Positions 36,159-45,002 of a stretch of DNA of 57,730 nucleotides are shown here, piece by piece. Positions within the stretch are counted from its first letter, which is position 1. The number at the start of each line of letters is the position of its first letter. The stretch is from a virus (Duplodnaviria; Caudoviricetes): the IMG/VR virus record IMGVR_UViG_3300045141_000380, positions 1 through 57,730 of that record. The stretch is one strand, 5' to 3'. A model generated the notes under the pieces. It ran no database searches. It was not told the origin of the DNA and worked only from the letters and a program-made list of their open reading frames with translations. A program made the translations under genes and the position numbers.

Positions 36159-36491
36159 CCCCGGTGGTGGCTCCGGTGGCGGGCCTGATTCGTCCCCTAG
36201 AACGCCCGGAGAACGCCCGGAGGGCTCCGGTGGTGGCTCCGGTGGTGGCTCCGGTGGTTTGTGTCACCGAATACGTCAAAACACCCCCTTTTTGCCCCCT
36301 GTTCGTGCTTTCGCGAGAATAGGTGGCGACTGGGTAAAACCTTTGATTTGTTGAGGTTTTTCTGGTCGGAGCGCCGAGATTTGAACTCGGGACCCCCAGT
36401 CCCCCAGAATGGCGTCCTAAATCGAAGATCATGCTGTGCCCCAGCGGTTCATGCAAGCTTCGCCCGGCGGCTCCGGTGGAAACTCCGGTGG
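36159..36491 (+). repeat. CTCCGGTGG direct repeats (7 copies, 12-bp period within clusters) flanking att core; putative integrase arm sites
   Basis: Copies at 36159 (variant), 36171, 36225, 36237, 36249, 36471, 36483. Confidence 0.7.
36363..36408 (-). mobile_element. attP core = 3' half of tRNA-Pro(GGG)
   Basis: Minus strand TCTGGGGGACTGGGGGTCCCGAGTTCAAATCTCGGCGCTCCGACCA: anticodon loop, T-arm and CCA, no 5' half; about 300 bp downstream of integrase. Confidence 0.85.
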
Positions 36492-36499
36492 TTTTTGTC

Positions 36500-36730
36500 T
36501 CAGACTCCGTCGACCGCGAAGTGTTTGGCGTCGTACTTTGCATCGATGCGCCGTGCGAACCGCACCAGCGATCTGATCGCCTCAGGTTCGAGCGCGATCC
36601 AATGCTCGGCGCCGTCGCGCGGCGTCGACAGGGTGATGTCGTAGCCGTTGAAGGTGGCGGTGACGCCGTCGCCGAGCCAGCATTCATCATCGGATGTCGT
36701 GCCCTCGGGCCTGTCACTTCGATCTCGCAT
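36500..36730 (-). CDS. small conserved phage protein
   Basis: WLGDGVTATFNGYDITL...HWIALEPE motif. Confidence 0.55.
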   Translation of the reverse strand: MRDRSDRPEGTTSDDECWLGDGVTATFNGYDITLSTPRDGAEHWIALEPEAIRSLVRFARRIDAKYDAKHFAVDGV

Positions 36731-37859
36731 TGCGTGCTCCGGTGACGCGCGCGGACTTGCGCTGCCCGGCCAGCTTATCGATCACATCGGCGACGCCCTG
36801 TTCGTTGGCGGCGCCATAAATGTTGAGCGTGGTCGCCACGTCGGCGTGGTCGAGCATCTTCTGGACGATCGGGAAGCCCTCGGCGGTGCCGATCGCCTTC
36901 AGGGCCTTCCTGGCGGTGTCGTGCCGCAGATCGTGGAAGCGCACCCGGTCGGCGCCGACCAGCAGGCCGGCCTCGGCCCGGATGCCGTTCCACACCTTGC
37001 GCAAGCCATCCCTGGTGATCGGGTAGCGCCGACCCTCGACCCGGCCGTCACGGGTGCGCTGCGCCACGTAGGTGAACACCCGGGTGGGATGGTGCCCGCG
37101 TAACGGCCACAGGATCTCACGGATGGTGTCATTGATCTTGATGGTGCTGATCTTGCCGCCGGCCCGGCCCTTGGTCCGCATCGTGATGGTGCGGGTGTCC
37201 CAATTCACGCTACCCCATTCGAGCGTCAGGCTCTCGATCTTGCGCTTCGCGGTGGCGCGGCAGAATTCGAACAGCGGCTCGTAATCCTCGCGCTGGTTTG
37301 CGATCGCGGCTTCGAGGCGGCGCGTCTCGTCGGGGCCGAGCTCGCGGGCAGGGCGCTTCGGCTCGTCGAGCCACAGGTCCCGCCACTTCGGTTCGTTCGG
37401 AAACCGGACGCTCGGCCGCAGGTAGGTGAACAGCTTCTTCAACTGCTCGATGGTGTCGTTGACGGTGTAAGCCGAGACCGGGCGCGGCGGTGTCCCGTAT
37501 GTGTGGCCGAGCCGCCAGCGCCGCAGCTTGAGCACGTCGTCGTGCGTGATCGCGGTGATAAGCTTGGTTGCCCCGAAGTAATCGACCAGCAGGACGCAAA
37601 GCCGAAGCGTGTTGTCGGCGCCGGCATGACGCTCGCCGACGTCCTTCATGTAGCGCACCGTCACCGGATCGAGCGCGAGCGATGTGTCCCCGTCGCTCTG
37701 CGCAGCCAATGCGGCGCGCAGCTCGGCCTCTAGCTCCCCGGCGCGTTTTTCCGCCTCGCGGCGACTCGTGCATCCCGTAGATCGTGAATACTTGCGGCCG
37801 TCGATCCAGATGTCGGCCGTGAGGTTCTTCGACTTCTTGTCCTTGTAGACGCTCGACAT
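36714..37859 (-). CDS. int: tyrosine integrase
   Basis: TAKRKIE (R), RFHDLRH (HxxR), LDHAD, IY catalytic Tyr; adjacent attP. Confidence 0.92.
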   Translation of the reverse strand: MSSVYKDKKSKNLTADIWIDGRKYSRSTGCTSRREAEKRAGELEAELRAALAAQSDGDTSLALDPVTVRYMKDVGERHAGADNTLRLCVLLVDYFGATKLITAITHDDVLKLRRWRLGHTYGTPPRPVSAYTVNDTIEQLKKLFTYLRPSVRFPNEPKWRDLWLDEPKRPARELGPDETRRLEAAIANQREDYEPLFEFCRATAKRKIESLTLEWGSVNWDTRTITMRTKGRAGGKISTIKINDTIREILWPLRGHHPTRVFTYVAQRTRDGRVEGRRYPITRDGLRKVWNGIRAEAGLLVGADRVRFHDLRHDTARKALKAIGTAEGFPIVQKMLDHADVATTLNIYGAANEQGVADVIDKLAGQRKSARVTGARNARSK

Positions 37860-38047
37860 GGTTTTCTCTTCTTGCGCTGGCGGATGAATTCGTCGATGTC
37901 AGCGGGCTCGAAAGCTCGGCGTTCACGCTTCTTGCCGCGGCCGATGTTGACGTAAACCAGGTCGCCATCGGCCACATAGCCGTCGAGAGTGTCGAGCGAA
38001 ACGCTAAGCGCTGCGGCGGCTTCCTTCGGGGTCAGTAGGTTGCTCAC
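37730..38047 (-). CDS. xis: excisionase (HTH_17-like)
   Basis: LLTPKEAAAALSVS; directly upstream of and overlapping int. Confidence 0.75.
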   Translation of the reverse strand: MSNLLTPKEAAAALSVSLDTLDGYVADGDLVYVNIGRGKKRERRAFEPADIDEFIRQRKKRKPCRASTRTRSRRTSRPTSGSTAASIHDLRDARVAARRKNAPGS

Positions 38048-38056
38048 TTGTGACTC

Positions 38057-38359
38057 CTATAACATGAGAATCTCATTCGCGACCTCGAACAGCTTCTCTT
38101 CGGCGTCCACAAAGCGCCGGCTGAGGTCGGCCGGAATGCCCTGGTCCTCATGCGGCACGGTGTCGACGCAACGCAGGAACGCCGCGCGGGCGTCGCGCCA
38201 TTCGAGCAGCGCGGCCGCGATCGCAGCCAAGATGTCGATCCGCCGCTTGGCGTCGCTCGCATCGATCTTGCCGATCTCGATCCAGTGCGGGTACAGCCGC
38301 CGGCGCATTTTCAGCTCGCGCTCGACCTCCCGCAGCTTATCCTCGGTGGTGAACATCAT
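38057..38359 (-). CDS. conserved phage hypothetical protein
   Basis: KLREVERELKMRRRLYPHW motif. Confidence 0.65.
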   Translation of the reverse strand: MMFTTEDKLREVERELKMRRRLYPHWIEIGKIDASDAKRRIDILAAIAAALLEWRDARAAFLRCVDTVPHEDQGIPADLSRRFVDAEEKLFEVANEILML

Positions 38360-38366
38360 GTTCTAA

Positions 38367-38567
38367 TTATTCCGTACTTTTGCGGCGGCGTTCCTCGCCG
38401 GGGGCGAAGAGCCAGTTTAGAATTTTCGTCAGCGTATCAGAGTCACATTTCTCGCCTCGTTCGAAGCGATTGAGTGTCGGATGCGATATTCCGATCTCCC
38501 TGGCAAGCTCGCGGACGCCAACCCGATTCGCCCAGCGGTAATCTGCAATGACGTTGCCAAGGCGCAC
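38367..38567 (-). CDS. XRE-family HTH protein
   Basis: VRELAREIGISHPTLNRFERG; AAGGAGG RBS. Confidence 0.8.
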   Translation of the reverse strand: MRLGNVIADYRWANRVGVRELAREIGISHPTLNRFERGEKCDSDTLTKILNWLFAPGEERRRKSTE

Positions 38568-38645
38568 GTTTCATCCTCCTTGGTGATCACCACGACTTGC
38601 CAACCTTCTCGATAGCTGCCCGTGCGATCTCGCGGGGTCCTCAGA

Positions 38646-39188
38646 TCAAATCCCCATATGCTCGCGCATCACGCGGACCCATTGGGCCGGCGTCGCGTCC
38701 TCGGGCATGCCGTCCGCGGCGACGTCGAGCACGGGCGCTAGCTTGCGTATGGCGTGCAGCACCGTCGTATGATCGAAGCCGCCGGCTCGCCGGCCGATCT
38801 CCGGCATGCTCTTGCGCGTCAAATGTCGCGCGAGCGCGAAGGTCACCGATCGCGGCGCTACTATCACGGCGGTGCGGCAGCGCCCGAATAGTTCATGTCG
38901 CGTAATGTGGAATTCGTCGCATACCGCTTTAACGATGTGCTCGAATCGCGAGAGCGGATGGCGCAACATCGCGGCGAATTTTACGGGCAGCTCCACCGGA
39001 TCATCTGGCGCAGGCGGCGGCTCGGGCAGCTTCGGGCGGTGGCGGCGCGGCGGGCGAACTGTTTCAGGCGGCGGAGGTGGCGCAGGCATGAGCTGTTGCC
39101 AAAATGCCGAATGAATAGCCCGGTATCTCGCCAGCATTTCCTCGGCGCTCGAATAATCCGACACGTCTGCAGCGGGGGTGACCTTCAT
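38646..39188 (-). CDS. protein with DnaA C-terminal (domain IV) HTH
   Basis: IVKAVCDEF...R...SMPEIGRRAGGFDHTTVLHAIRK. Confidence 0.8.
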   Translation of the reverse strand: MKVTPAADVSDYSSAEEMLARYRAIHSAFWQQLMPAPPPPPETVRPPRRHRPKLPEPPPAPDDPVELPVKFAAMLRHPLSRFEHIVKAVCDEFHITRHELFGRCRTAVIVAPRSVTFALARHLTRKSMPEIGRRAGGFDHTTVLHAIRKLAPVLDVAADGMPEDATPAQWVRVMREHMGI

Positions 39189-39391
39189 TGCAGAGCATCC
39201 CGTTCACCACTTTCGATCTCGGCGACGCGCGCCATCAGGCTCGTTATCGCAACGTCTCGATCCGCATCGTGATGATGGAGAAACCACGCAATCATGGTCG
39301 CAAGCATGCCCTCGCGGCCGTCATCGTTGAACGGTGTCAAGATGTTGCACATGGCGTCGAGATCGCGACGCACCTCCGATTCGGATTTCAT
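39185..39391 (-). CDS. hypothetical protein
   Basis: ATGA overlaps on both sides. Confidence 0.55.
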   Translation of the reverse strand: MKSESEVRRDLDAMCNILTPFNDDGREGMLATMIAWFLHHHDADRDVAITSLMARVAEIESGERDALQ

Positions 39392-40539
39392 TGGCGCATC
39401 TCCGCGATCGCGTCCTGAACCTCCTTCGCCATCTCGGCGGTGTCTCCGACAGTCATCTGGGCGCCATTGCGCATCGCGCGCGCGTTGGGCCCGCTCCACC
39501 ACGAGTCGAGCATCGCGGCATCCTCGGGTTTTGCGGCGGCGATCATCTGGCGGGTCAGCAGCTTGAACGTCTCAGGGTCTTTCGGCGGATGCCTCTGCGC
39601 CATGCCGATCAGCTCGCCCATGGTCATCTCGGGCGCGTCCTGCGATACCTCGCCGGTGTCGGCGTCGTGCTCGATCGCGGTGTCGTCGCCGGGCCGTGGG
39701 TCGCCTGGATCATTATCCTGGGCTGGTTCGTTATCACCGCTTTCGCCCTTGCTGCCGGCCCACTTCTCAAGCGCCGCCATGGCACTTACGGGCTGGCGCT
39801 TGGTGACCTCCTTGCCGCGCTCTTTCGCGCCTTGCATGTCGTAGAGCTCGTCGTCTCGGTGCAGCACAGTATCCAGGTCGCTGGACATGGGGAGCGACTT
39901 GCAATGGCGCCTTACGCAGGTCTTGCGCACCATTTCGGGGTAGGTGACCGGATCGTTCCAGGGGCCCTTACGGGCGCGCGAAAACTTCTGGCGAATTTCC
40001 TCGACCTCGGAAATCGACATCACCTCGTATGAGGTCCCGCCATCCTTGAACTTGGCAATCGAGTAAACGGCGATCGGCTTGGCGCCGCGCGGGCGGGCTA
40101 GCGCCGGCTTGTGTTTGACATATGGCTCGTCGCCTAATTGAAAATCAAACTCGTCGCCCTCGAAAACAACATGAGCATAAAGATCGACAAGCTCGCCGGA
40201 GTTTCTTGCTTTTTTTCGAAGGCCGGCGACCATGGGCAGGTAAGTGGCCTGATCACTCTTCTTCTGGCCCTCCTCGTTCTCTCCAAAGGGAACGATTGCA
40301 GCCTCGCGGCCGTCCGGGAGCAATCCGTCTTGCGCGCATTTCATACATGAATTGAAAATCGATTGCCGCGTACAGGCGAGCAATTTTGGATTGTTCTGGA
40401 TCGCGGTCATCACGACTCTCGTGAAGCGCTCGACCGGTATATGAGCAGGTAGCGCATATGCAAACTGCGGCCCCATTTTTTCGAGGTCGCGCCGGAATTG
40501 ATCGATCACCGATAGCTGCTGTTTGGTGTTGACGTTCAT
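39388..40539 (-). CDS. recT: RecT-family single-strand annealing protein
   Basis: ALPAHIPVERFTR, AQDGLLPDGREAAIVPF, GPW...EMVRKT. Confidence 0.9.
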   Translation of the reverse strand: MNVNTKQQLSVIDQFRRDLEKMGPQFAYALPAHIPVERFTRVVMTAIQNNPKLLACTRQSIFNSCMKCAQDGLLPDGREAAIVPFGENEEGQKKSDQATYLPMVAGLRKKARNSGELVDLYAHVVFEGDEFDFQLGDEPYVKHKPALARPRGAKPIAVYSIAKFKDGGTSYEVMSISEVEEIRQKFSRARKGPWNDPVTYPEMVRKTCVRRHCKSLPMSSDLDTVLHRDDELYDMQGAKERGKEVTKRQPVSAMAALEKWAGSKGESGDNEPAQDNDPGDPRPGDDTAIEHDADTGEVSQDAPEMTMGELIGMAQRHPPKDPETFKLLTRQMIAAAKPEDAAMLDSWWSGPNARAMRNGAQMTVGDTAEMAKEVQDAIAEMRQ

Positions 40540-40552
40540 GATTTGCCTCCGC

Positions 40553-40888
40553 TCAAGATCGTGCTTGGCGCGCCCAACGGGCCATATGACTTGGGAAATT
40601 AGCGGCCTCCAACGTCGTCGCGTCCTTGAATAGTTCGGCGGCGAAATCGATCAGTTCGAGATAGGTCATCTTGTCGATGATGCACGCGATGGCCCGCTGG
40701 CGATGGCCGGTCGTGGTCATCAGGTCGACCATGCGCCGATGGTCTTCGTGTTCTTGGCGCGCCTCACGTTTCACAGCGACCATTTCGACGATCGATGCAT
40801 TAGGGGCAGGTCTACTCCAATCGAGGGAGCGCGGTTCGCTCAGTTCGTCCGCCAGTGCGGCCAGGGCGTTGTGATGGTTCTCGGTCAT
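40553..40888 (-). CDS. hypothetical protein
   Basis: GAGGAGG RBS; overlaps exonuclease stop. Confidence 0.55.
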   Translation of the reverse strand: MTENHHNALAALADELSEPRSLDWSRPAPNASIVEMVAVKREARQEHEDHRRMVDLMTTTGHRQRAIACIIDKMTYLELIDFAAELFKDATTLEAANFPSHMARWARQARS

Positions 40889-41829
40889 GCATCCTCCTCG
40901 ATCCTGCTCGTTCGCAGCACGCGAAAGCTGACGTGTTTCGCGGGTTTTGGCTCTTGCTCGTATTCGGTGGTGCGCAGCGAGACTTTCCAACCGGGAACGA
41001 TGGCGATCTCGGCGTCGCCCATCTTGGCGCGCATCTCGGTCTCGGACGCGTCCTTGGCCGCCTTGGCGGCCTTGATGATGGCGGCGTTGCGCTCGCGGAT
41101 TTCGCACAGCTCCTGGACGCGGTTGTCGCCGCGTAGGTCGATGATTTTTCCTTCGGCCGTGCGCGGGTACATGAGGCGCACCAGATCGCTGTCGCGGTCA
41201 TAATCGATCGTCGGCACCTGGCCGGCTTCGAGCGCTTGCCAGAAGCTGTGAACCGCGACGCGTATCTTGTGTTCGGCGTCCTTGTGGCGAGGCACCTCGA
41301 TCACCAGGCAATCAAATTGGAAGTCGCCGATGACCAGCACGCCGATGGCGCCGAATGCGGCGTCCGCCAGCATAACCTCGGTCGCGTTCTGCAGGATGAT
41401 CCACATCGGCGCGGTGGGCTCTTCGCCGTAGTCGCCGGCCCAATATTTCTTGAATTGCCAGGCGCCGATCGTTTTGGTCTGCAGCACGCCAAGCCCGCGC
41501 GGGTCGCCATCGATCCAGAAGTCGGCCGTGGCGCCGATGCGGGCGTGCGCGTCACGCAGATAGTCGGTGTTCTTGGTGATGCGCCACTCGGGCCGAAGCT
41601 TGGCCACCTCTTGCGCTACCACGCTTTCCAGCGCATTGCCGCGCCTGATCACGCTCAATTCCGGGTCGGGCGCCGGCAGCTCCAAGCCGCACTTCTCGCC
41701 GTGCAAGCCCGCTATCGTCTGCCAGGGATGAACGCCGAACAGCGCGCCGATCACGGACGCCGTGACGTCCTGCCGGCGCAGGTTTAACCACTGTTCACGA
41801 CCGGTAATTGGAATGCGCTCGACCGGCAT
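40885..41829 (-). CDS. YqaJ/lambda-exonuclease-like recombination nuclease
   Basis: QWLNLRRQDVTAS, RGNALE, GATADF, LQTKT; upstream of recT. Confidence 0.85.
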   Translation of the reverse strand: MPVERIPITGREQWLNLRRQDVTASVIGALFGVHPWQTIAGLHGEKCGLELPAPDPELSVIRRGNALESVVAQEVAKLRPEWRITKNTDYLRDAHARIGATADFWIDGDPRGLGVLQTKTIGAWQFKKYWAGDYGEEPTAPMWIILQNATEVMLADAAFGAIGVLVIGDFQFDCLVIEVPRHKDAEHKIRVAVHSFWQALEAGQVPTIDYDRDSDLVRLMYPRTAEGKIIDLRGDNRVQELCEIRERNAAIIKAAKAAKDASETEMRAKMGDAEIAIVPGWKVSLRTTEYEQEPKPAKHVSFRVLRTSRIEEDA

Positions 41830-41842
41830 GCGGGCTTTCCGC

Positions 41843-42079
41843 TCAAGAGGACGGGCGAAACAGAAGCGCAACTATGATGCAGAACACGTAAAACCCCAGG
41901 CCCTGGATCATCGACTGCCATCCACCGGTTTCCCAGTAGTAGCCAGCCAGCGCCACGCCGAACAAGGCGAGAACGACATCGAAACGTCGCACATCGATGC
42001 GTCCACAGACGGGTGTATTCATCCAAGCGTCCGGCTTGGCGATTATCCTGATCAGCACGCTCGGTATTCGTATCTGCAT
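41843..42079 (-). CDS. small two-TM membrane protein
   Basis: Two hydrophobic segments. Confidence 0.45.
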   Translation of the reverse strand: MQIRIPSVLIRIIAKPDAWMNTPVCGRIDVRRFDVVLALFGVALAGYYWETGGWQSMIQGLGFYVFCIIVALLFRPSS

Positions 42080-42198
42080 GACGGTTACTCAAATAGCCCG
42101 CCCGGGGAGGACAGTTGCGGCTACCTTCCGGGCGGGCCTGCGGGCCGGGCGGCTGCGATTTACGGTGCTAGGAACACCAAGCCGCCGGCCTACCTGGG

Positions 42199-42870
42199 TT
42201 ACGCGATACTGCCCAGCCGGTTCTTCCTGCGCTTCAGGAACAAGCCACCGAGCGCCAACGCACCACCGAACAGCGGCAGCGTGGCGGGGAGCGGCACGGC
42301 GGATAGCGTCGCGTCGAAGTTTGTCAAGAGCACATTGCCGTTGCACCCTGCGCCGCAGGCCCCAGGTCCGCCGCCGAAGTAGAAGAAGTTGTAGTTGTCG
42401 AAGCCGCCGGCGAGAGTGTGGAAGCCCTCGTCGTTTGTGCCGCTGCTCTGGGCAAGCAGGGTAAGGGTAAACGGCGAGCCGTCCTCAGACCCATACACCG
42501 CCCAGCCTTCACCTTGGGTCGTCGAGCCCATCTGGAACGAGAACCCGCCCGCAGCCAGCGAGCTTCTGATACCATCCAGGTTGACCTGGACGAAGTTGCC
42601 CGCGGTGATTTCATGGTCGCCGGAAGGGTCGTTGTTGAGGCCGAGGCCGTTCTCGTCGCCGCCGCCGGTCTTACCGAACAGGGCAGTTCCAACGTCGCCC
42701 GGCGTGAAGCCGCGGGCAGTGAGGTTGAACCCACCCGCGGTGAAGGTTTGAGTTGTACCAAGCACACCGAGATGGTCCTGGAAGTTCCAGTCGAGCACAG
42801 TGGCCGAAGCCACGGTAGTGCCTGCGGCGAGCGCACCCAACATGGTGCCCGCTAGTAGTAACTGTCTCAT
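42199..42870 (-). CDS. secreted VPLPA-CTERM (PEP-CTERM-like) surface protein
   Basis: Signal peptide; C-terminal AVPLPATLPLFGGALALGGLFLKRRK. Confidence 0.85.
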   Translation of the reverse strand: MRQLLLAGTMLGALAAGTTVASATVLDWNFQDHLGVLGTTQTFTAGGFNLTARGFTPGDVGTALFGKTGGGDENGLGLNNDPSGDHEITAGNFVQVNLDGIRSSLAAGGFSFQMGSTTQGEGWAVYGSEDGSPFTLTLLAQSSGTNDEGFHTLAGGFDNYNFFYFGGGPGACGAGCNGNVLLTNFDATLSAVPLPATLPLFGGALALGGLFLKRRKNRLGSIA

Positions 42871-42915
42871 TTTGTAAAGTTCCTTTTTGTGATTTCAGCT
42901 TGAATCGTTTTCCGT

Positions 42916-43575
42916 TTACGCCCCCGCGCAAGCGGAGGTGTCTCCCAGCCGGTTCTTCCTGCGCCTCAGGAACAAGCCACCGAGCGCCAGCGCACCGCCG
43001 AATAGTGGCAGCGTGGCGGGGAGCGGCACGGCGGCGGCCGCAGCGACGTCGATGCGGTAGTGCTCGAAGTCGGTGATGTTGCCGAGCCCGGCATCGACCA
43101 ATCTGAAGTGGTCGATGGTCTCGCCGTTGATGGCCGTCAGGGTGAACCCGGACTGTGCGTTCGGGCTGATGTTGCCGAGATCGAACGTGAACAGCTTGAA
43201 GGTGCCGTCGGTTTCTTTTGCTGTTACGAACGCCGTCACGTCGCCCGTGCCTTTCAGCGAGAAGACGTCCGTAGCAGTCTGCATCACCTGGGTGCCGGCC
43301 GTGTTGAATACCTGGACTTGCAGATTGTTGGTGTTCTGGATTTTGATGTCGTTGCCGTTGGCGGCCCCGATGAAGTTCGGGTTGATCGACAGGTCGGTGA
43401 AGTCGACCAACCCCTGGTGCTGGCCGTTGAAAGAACCAACGGCGAGGTTGCCGAACAAGCTTTGGAAGATCACGTTGTCGCCGGTGCCACTCAGGTGGTT
43501 GTCGAGGATAACGTCCGCGCTTGCGGGTACGGCCAGCACACAAAGCGCAGTGGCCGTCAGAAGTAGCTTTTTCAT
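42916..43575 (-). CDS. secreted VPLPA-CTERM (PEP-CTERM-like) surface protein
   Basis: Signal peptide MKKLLLTATALCVLAVPASA; C-terminal AVPLPATLPLFGGALALGGLFLRRRK. Confidence 0.85.
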   Translation of the reverse strand: MKKLLLTATALCVLAVPASADVILDNHLSGTGDNVIFQSLFGNLAVGSFNGQHQGLVDFTDLSINPNFIGAANGNDIKIQNTNNLQVQVFNTAGTQVMQTATDVFSLKGTGDVTAFVTAKETDGTFKLFTFDLGNISPNAQSGFTLTAINGETIDHFRLVDAGLGNITDFEHYRIDVAAAAAVPLPATLPLFGGALALGGLFLRRRKNRLGDTSACAGA

Positions 43576-43775
43576 TGTTGGAATTTCCTTTTATGATCTC
43601 AGTTTTGGATTGTTTTCAGTCCTGGTCTTGCAATTATTCCCTTCTCATCATCCGCCCTCCTGCGTTAGCCGCGCCGCAATCCAGTCAAAACAATCCATCA
43701 CCAGCACCACCGCGATCGCTGTCACTTGAACGCCGATCACGCCTGCGCAGATCGAGGCCGCGAACTGCTCGACGC

Positions 43776-44105
43776 TCATGATGCACCTCGGAGCGCGCCG
43801 GCGACCTCGGCCAGCAGATCGGCCGGCGGCTCGCTGCGATCAGAAAATAAATGTATGAAATCCCTGCCATGCCGTGCCCGGCCACGCCTCGCCCGGCCCC
43901 GCCCTGCCAGGCCCCGCCAGGCCGTGCCTGGCCCGGCCAGATCGATGTATCCGCGCACTTCATCCAGCAAATCGGCCGGTGGCGGGTGGCGATCAAATGA
44001 GGTGAGTTCCCACCATTTCTGCCGCACCGGCAACGGCAGACAGAACCAGTCCTCGCGCGTGTACGGCCAGTGACGGTCGCGGCTGATCTGGATGGTGGGC
44101 GGCAT
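43776..44105 (-). CDS. first gene of leftward operon, hypothetical, contains pentamer tract
   Basis: GGGGAG RBS just downstream of PL. Confidence 0.5.
   Translation of the reverse strand: MPPTIQISRDRHWPYTREDWFCLPLPVRQKWWELTSFDRHPPPADLLDEVRGYIDLAGPGTAWRGLAGRGRARRGRARHGRDFIHLFSDRSEPPADLLAEVAGALRGAS
43866..43940. repeat. (GCC-NN)15 pentamer tract
   Basis: GCC every 5 bp from 43866 to 43936 with variable dinucleotide spacers. Confidence 0.9.
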
Positions 44106-44131
44106 GAGGCTCCCCGGGTGAACGGAGAGCA

Positions 44132-44160
44132 CATGTAACCGACGCGGTCACATTGGTCAA
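44132..44160 (-). promoter_or_regulatory. leftward sigma70 promoter PL with operator ATGTAACC-N5-GGTCACAT (44133-44153)
   Basis: Minus strand TTGACC-17bp-TACATG; palindromic operator overlaps spacer and -10. Confidence 0.7.
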
Positions 44161-44239
44161 TGGGGCCAAAGAAAAAAGTATCCGGCACGGTCACACGTTA
44201 AAATTATGTGTGACCGCAGTAACTTGCCGGCAGGAAGGG

Positions 44240-44563
44240 TTAGTTTTTGATGCCGCTGGCTAGCCGCCGAACAATATCGGTGGCCATTTCTTGCACGTCC
44301 CTCGGGGCGGATTTGATCATTGCATCAAGAGACGGCAGGTCGCTTGGTAGGCGCCAGAGTGCTTCCGGTTCAATTCCCAACGCGTCCGCATAGGCCGCCT
44401 GCCCGTCACCCTTAAGACGCCACCATTCTCTTTCCAGGCGATGCAAGCTCTCCCGCTCAATGCCGAGCCGACCGGCCATTACGTCCGGTCTCACACCTTT
44501 TGCCTTGCGGTTTTCCCGCAGGAAGAGGCGTTTTTTGGCTGAAGAATGAATCTTGGTAACCAT
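44240..44563 (-). CDS. CI-like XRE repressor
   Basis: FLRENRKAKG...MAGRLGIERESLHRLER HTH; divergent from cro-like gene. Confidence 0.75.
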   Translation of the reverse strand: MVTKIHSSAKKRLFLRENRKAKGVRPDVMAGRLGIERESLHRLEREWWRLKGDGQAAYADALGIEPEALWRLPSDLPSLDAMIKSAPRDVQEMATDIVRRLASGIKN

Positions 44564-44624
44564 CGTGGATACGGTACACGGCGGTCCCCAACGCGTTGAG
44601 GACTGCATCGGTCACATCGCAATC

Positions 44625-44653
44625 TTGACGGATGTGACCGCACGGGTTACATC
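44625..44653 (+). promoter_or_regulatory. rightward sigma70 promoter PR with operator ATGTGACC-N5-GGTTACAT (44632-44652)
   Basis: TTGACG-17bp-TACATC; ATG at 44660 suggests a leaderless cro mRNA. Confidence 0.7.
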
Positions 44654-44659
44654 GTGGGC

Positions 44660-44917
44660 ATGGGTAATCTCCACCCACTGAAAGCCTATCGCGACGCCCA
44701 AGACCCACCGCTTTCTCAGGAGCGATTGGCGGACCTCTTGGGCGTGGCGCGTACCACGGTTGCGCGTTGGGAGACGGGCACCCGCAAGGTGGATCAAGAA
44801 CTACTCTTGAAGATCGCCGAGGCGACTGGCATCGCCCCGGCCGATTTGCGACCGGATTTGGCGGCACTTTTGTCTATGAACGCTCCCGCGCCACCACTAA
44901 CAGAGACCGCCGGATGA
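44660..44917 (+). CDS. Cro-like XRE regulator
   Basis: LSQERLADLLGVARTTVARWETG...ADLRPDL. Confidence 0.8.
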   Translation: MGNLHPLKAYRDAQDPPLSQERLADLLGVARTTVARWETGTRKVDQELLLKIAEATGIAPADLRPDLAALLSMNAPAPPLTETAG

Positions 44918-45002
44918 TCTCGTTTCTCTCCTGCCACGGCGCCTGCAAGCGCCCGCGTGCTTCGCGTCAACCGCAAGCAATCTGGCAGTGGAGGGTTTCA
45001 AA

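Noticed and set aside
36363-36440. Complete tRNA-Pro gene
   Set aside because: Only the anticodon loop to CCA is present; upstream sequence cannot form the D-arm or the 5' acceptor strand, so it is an att core.
36159-36491. CRISPR array from CTCCGGTGG repeats
   Set aside because: Repeats are 9 bp with 3-bp gaps, no unique 30-40 bp spacers and no cas genes.
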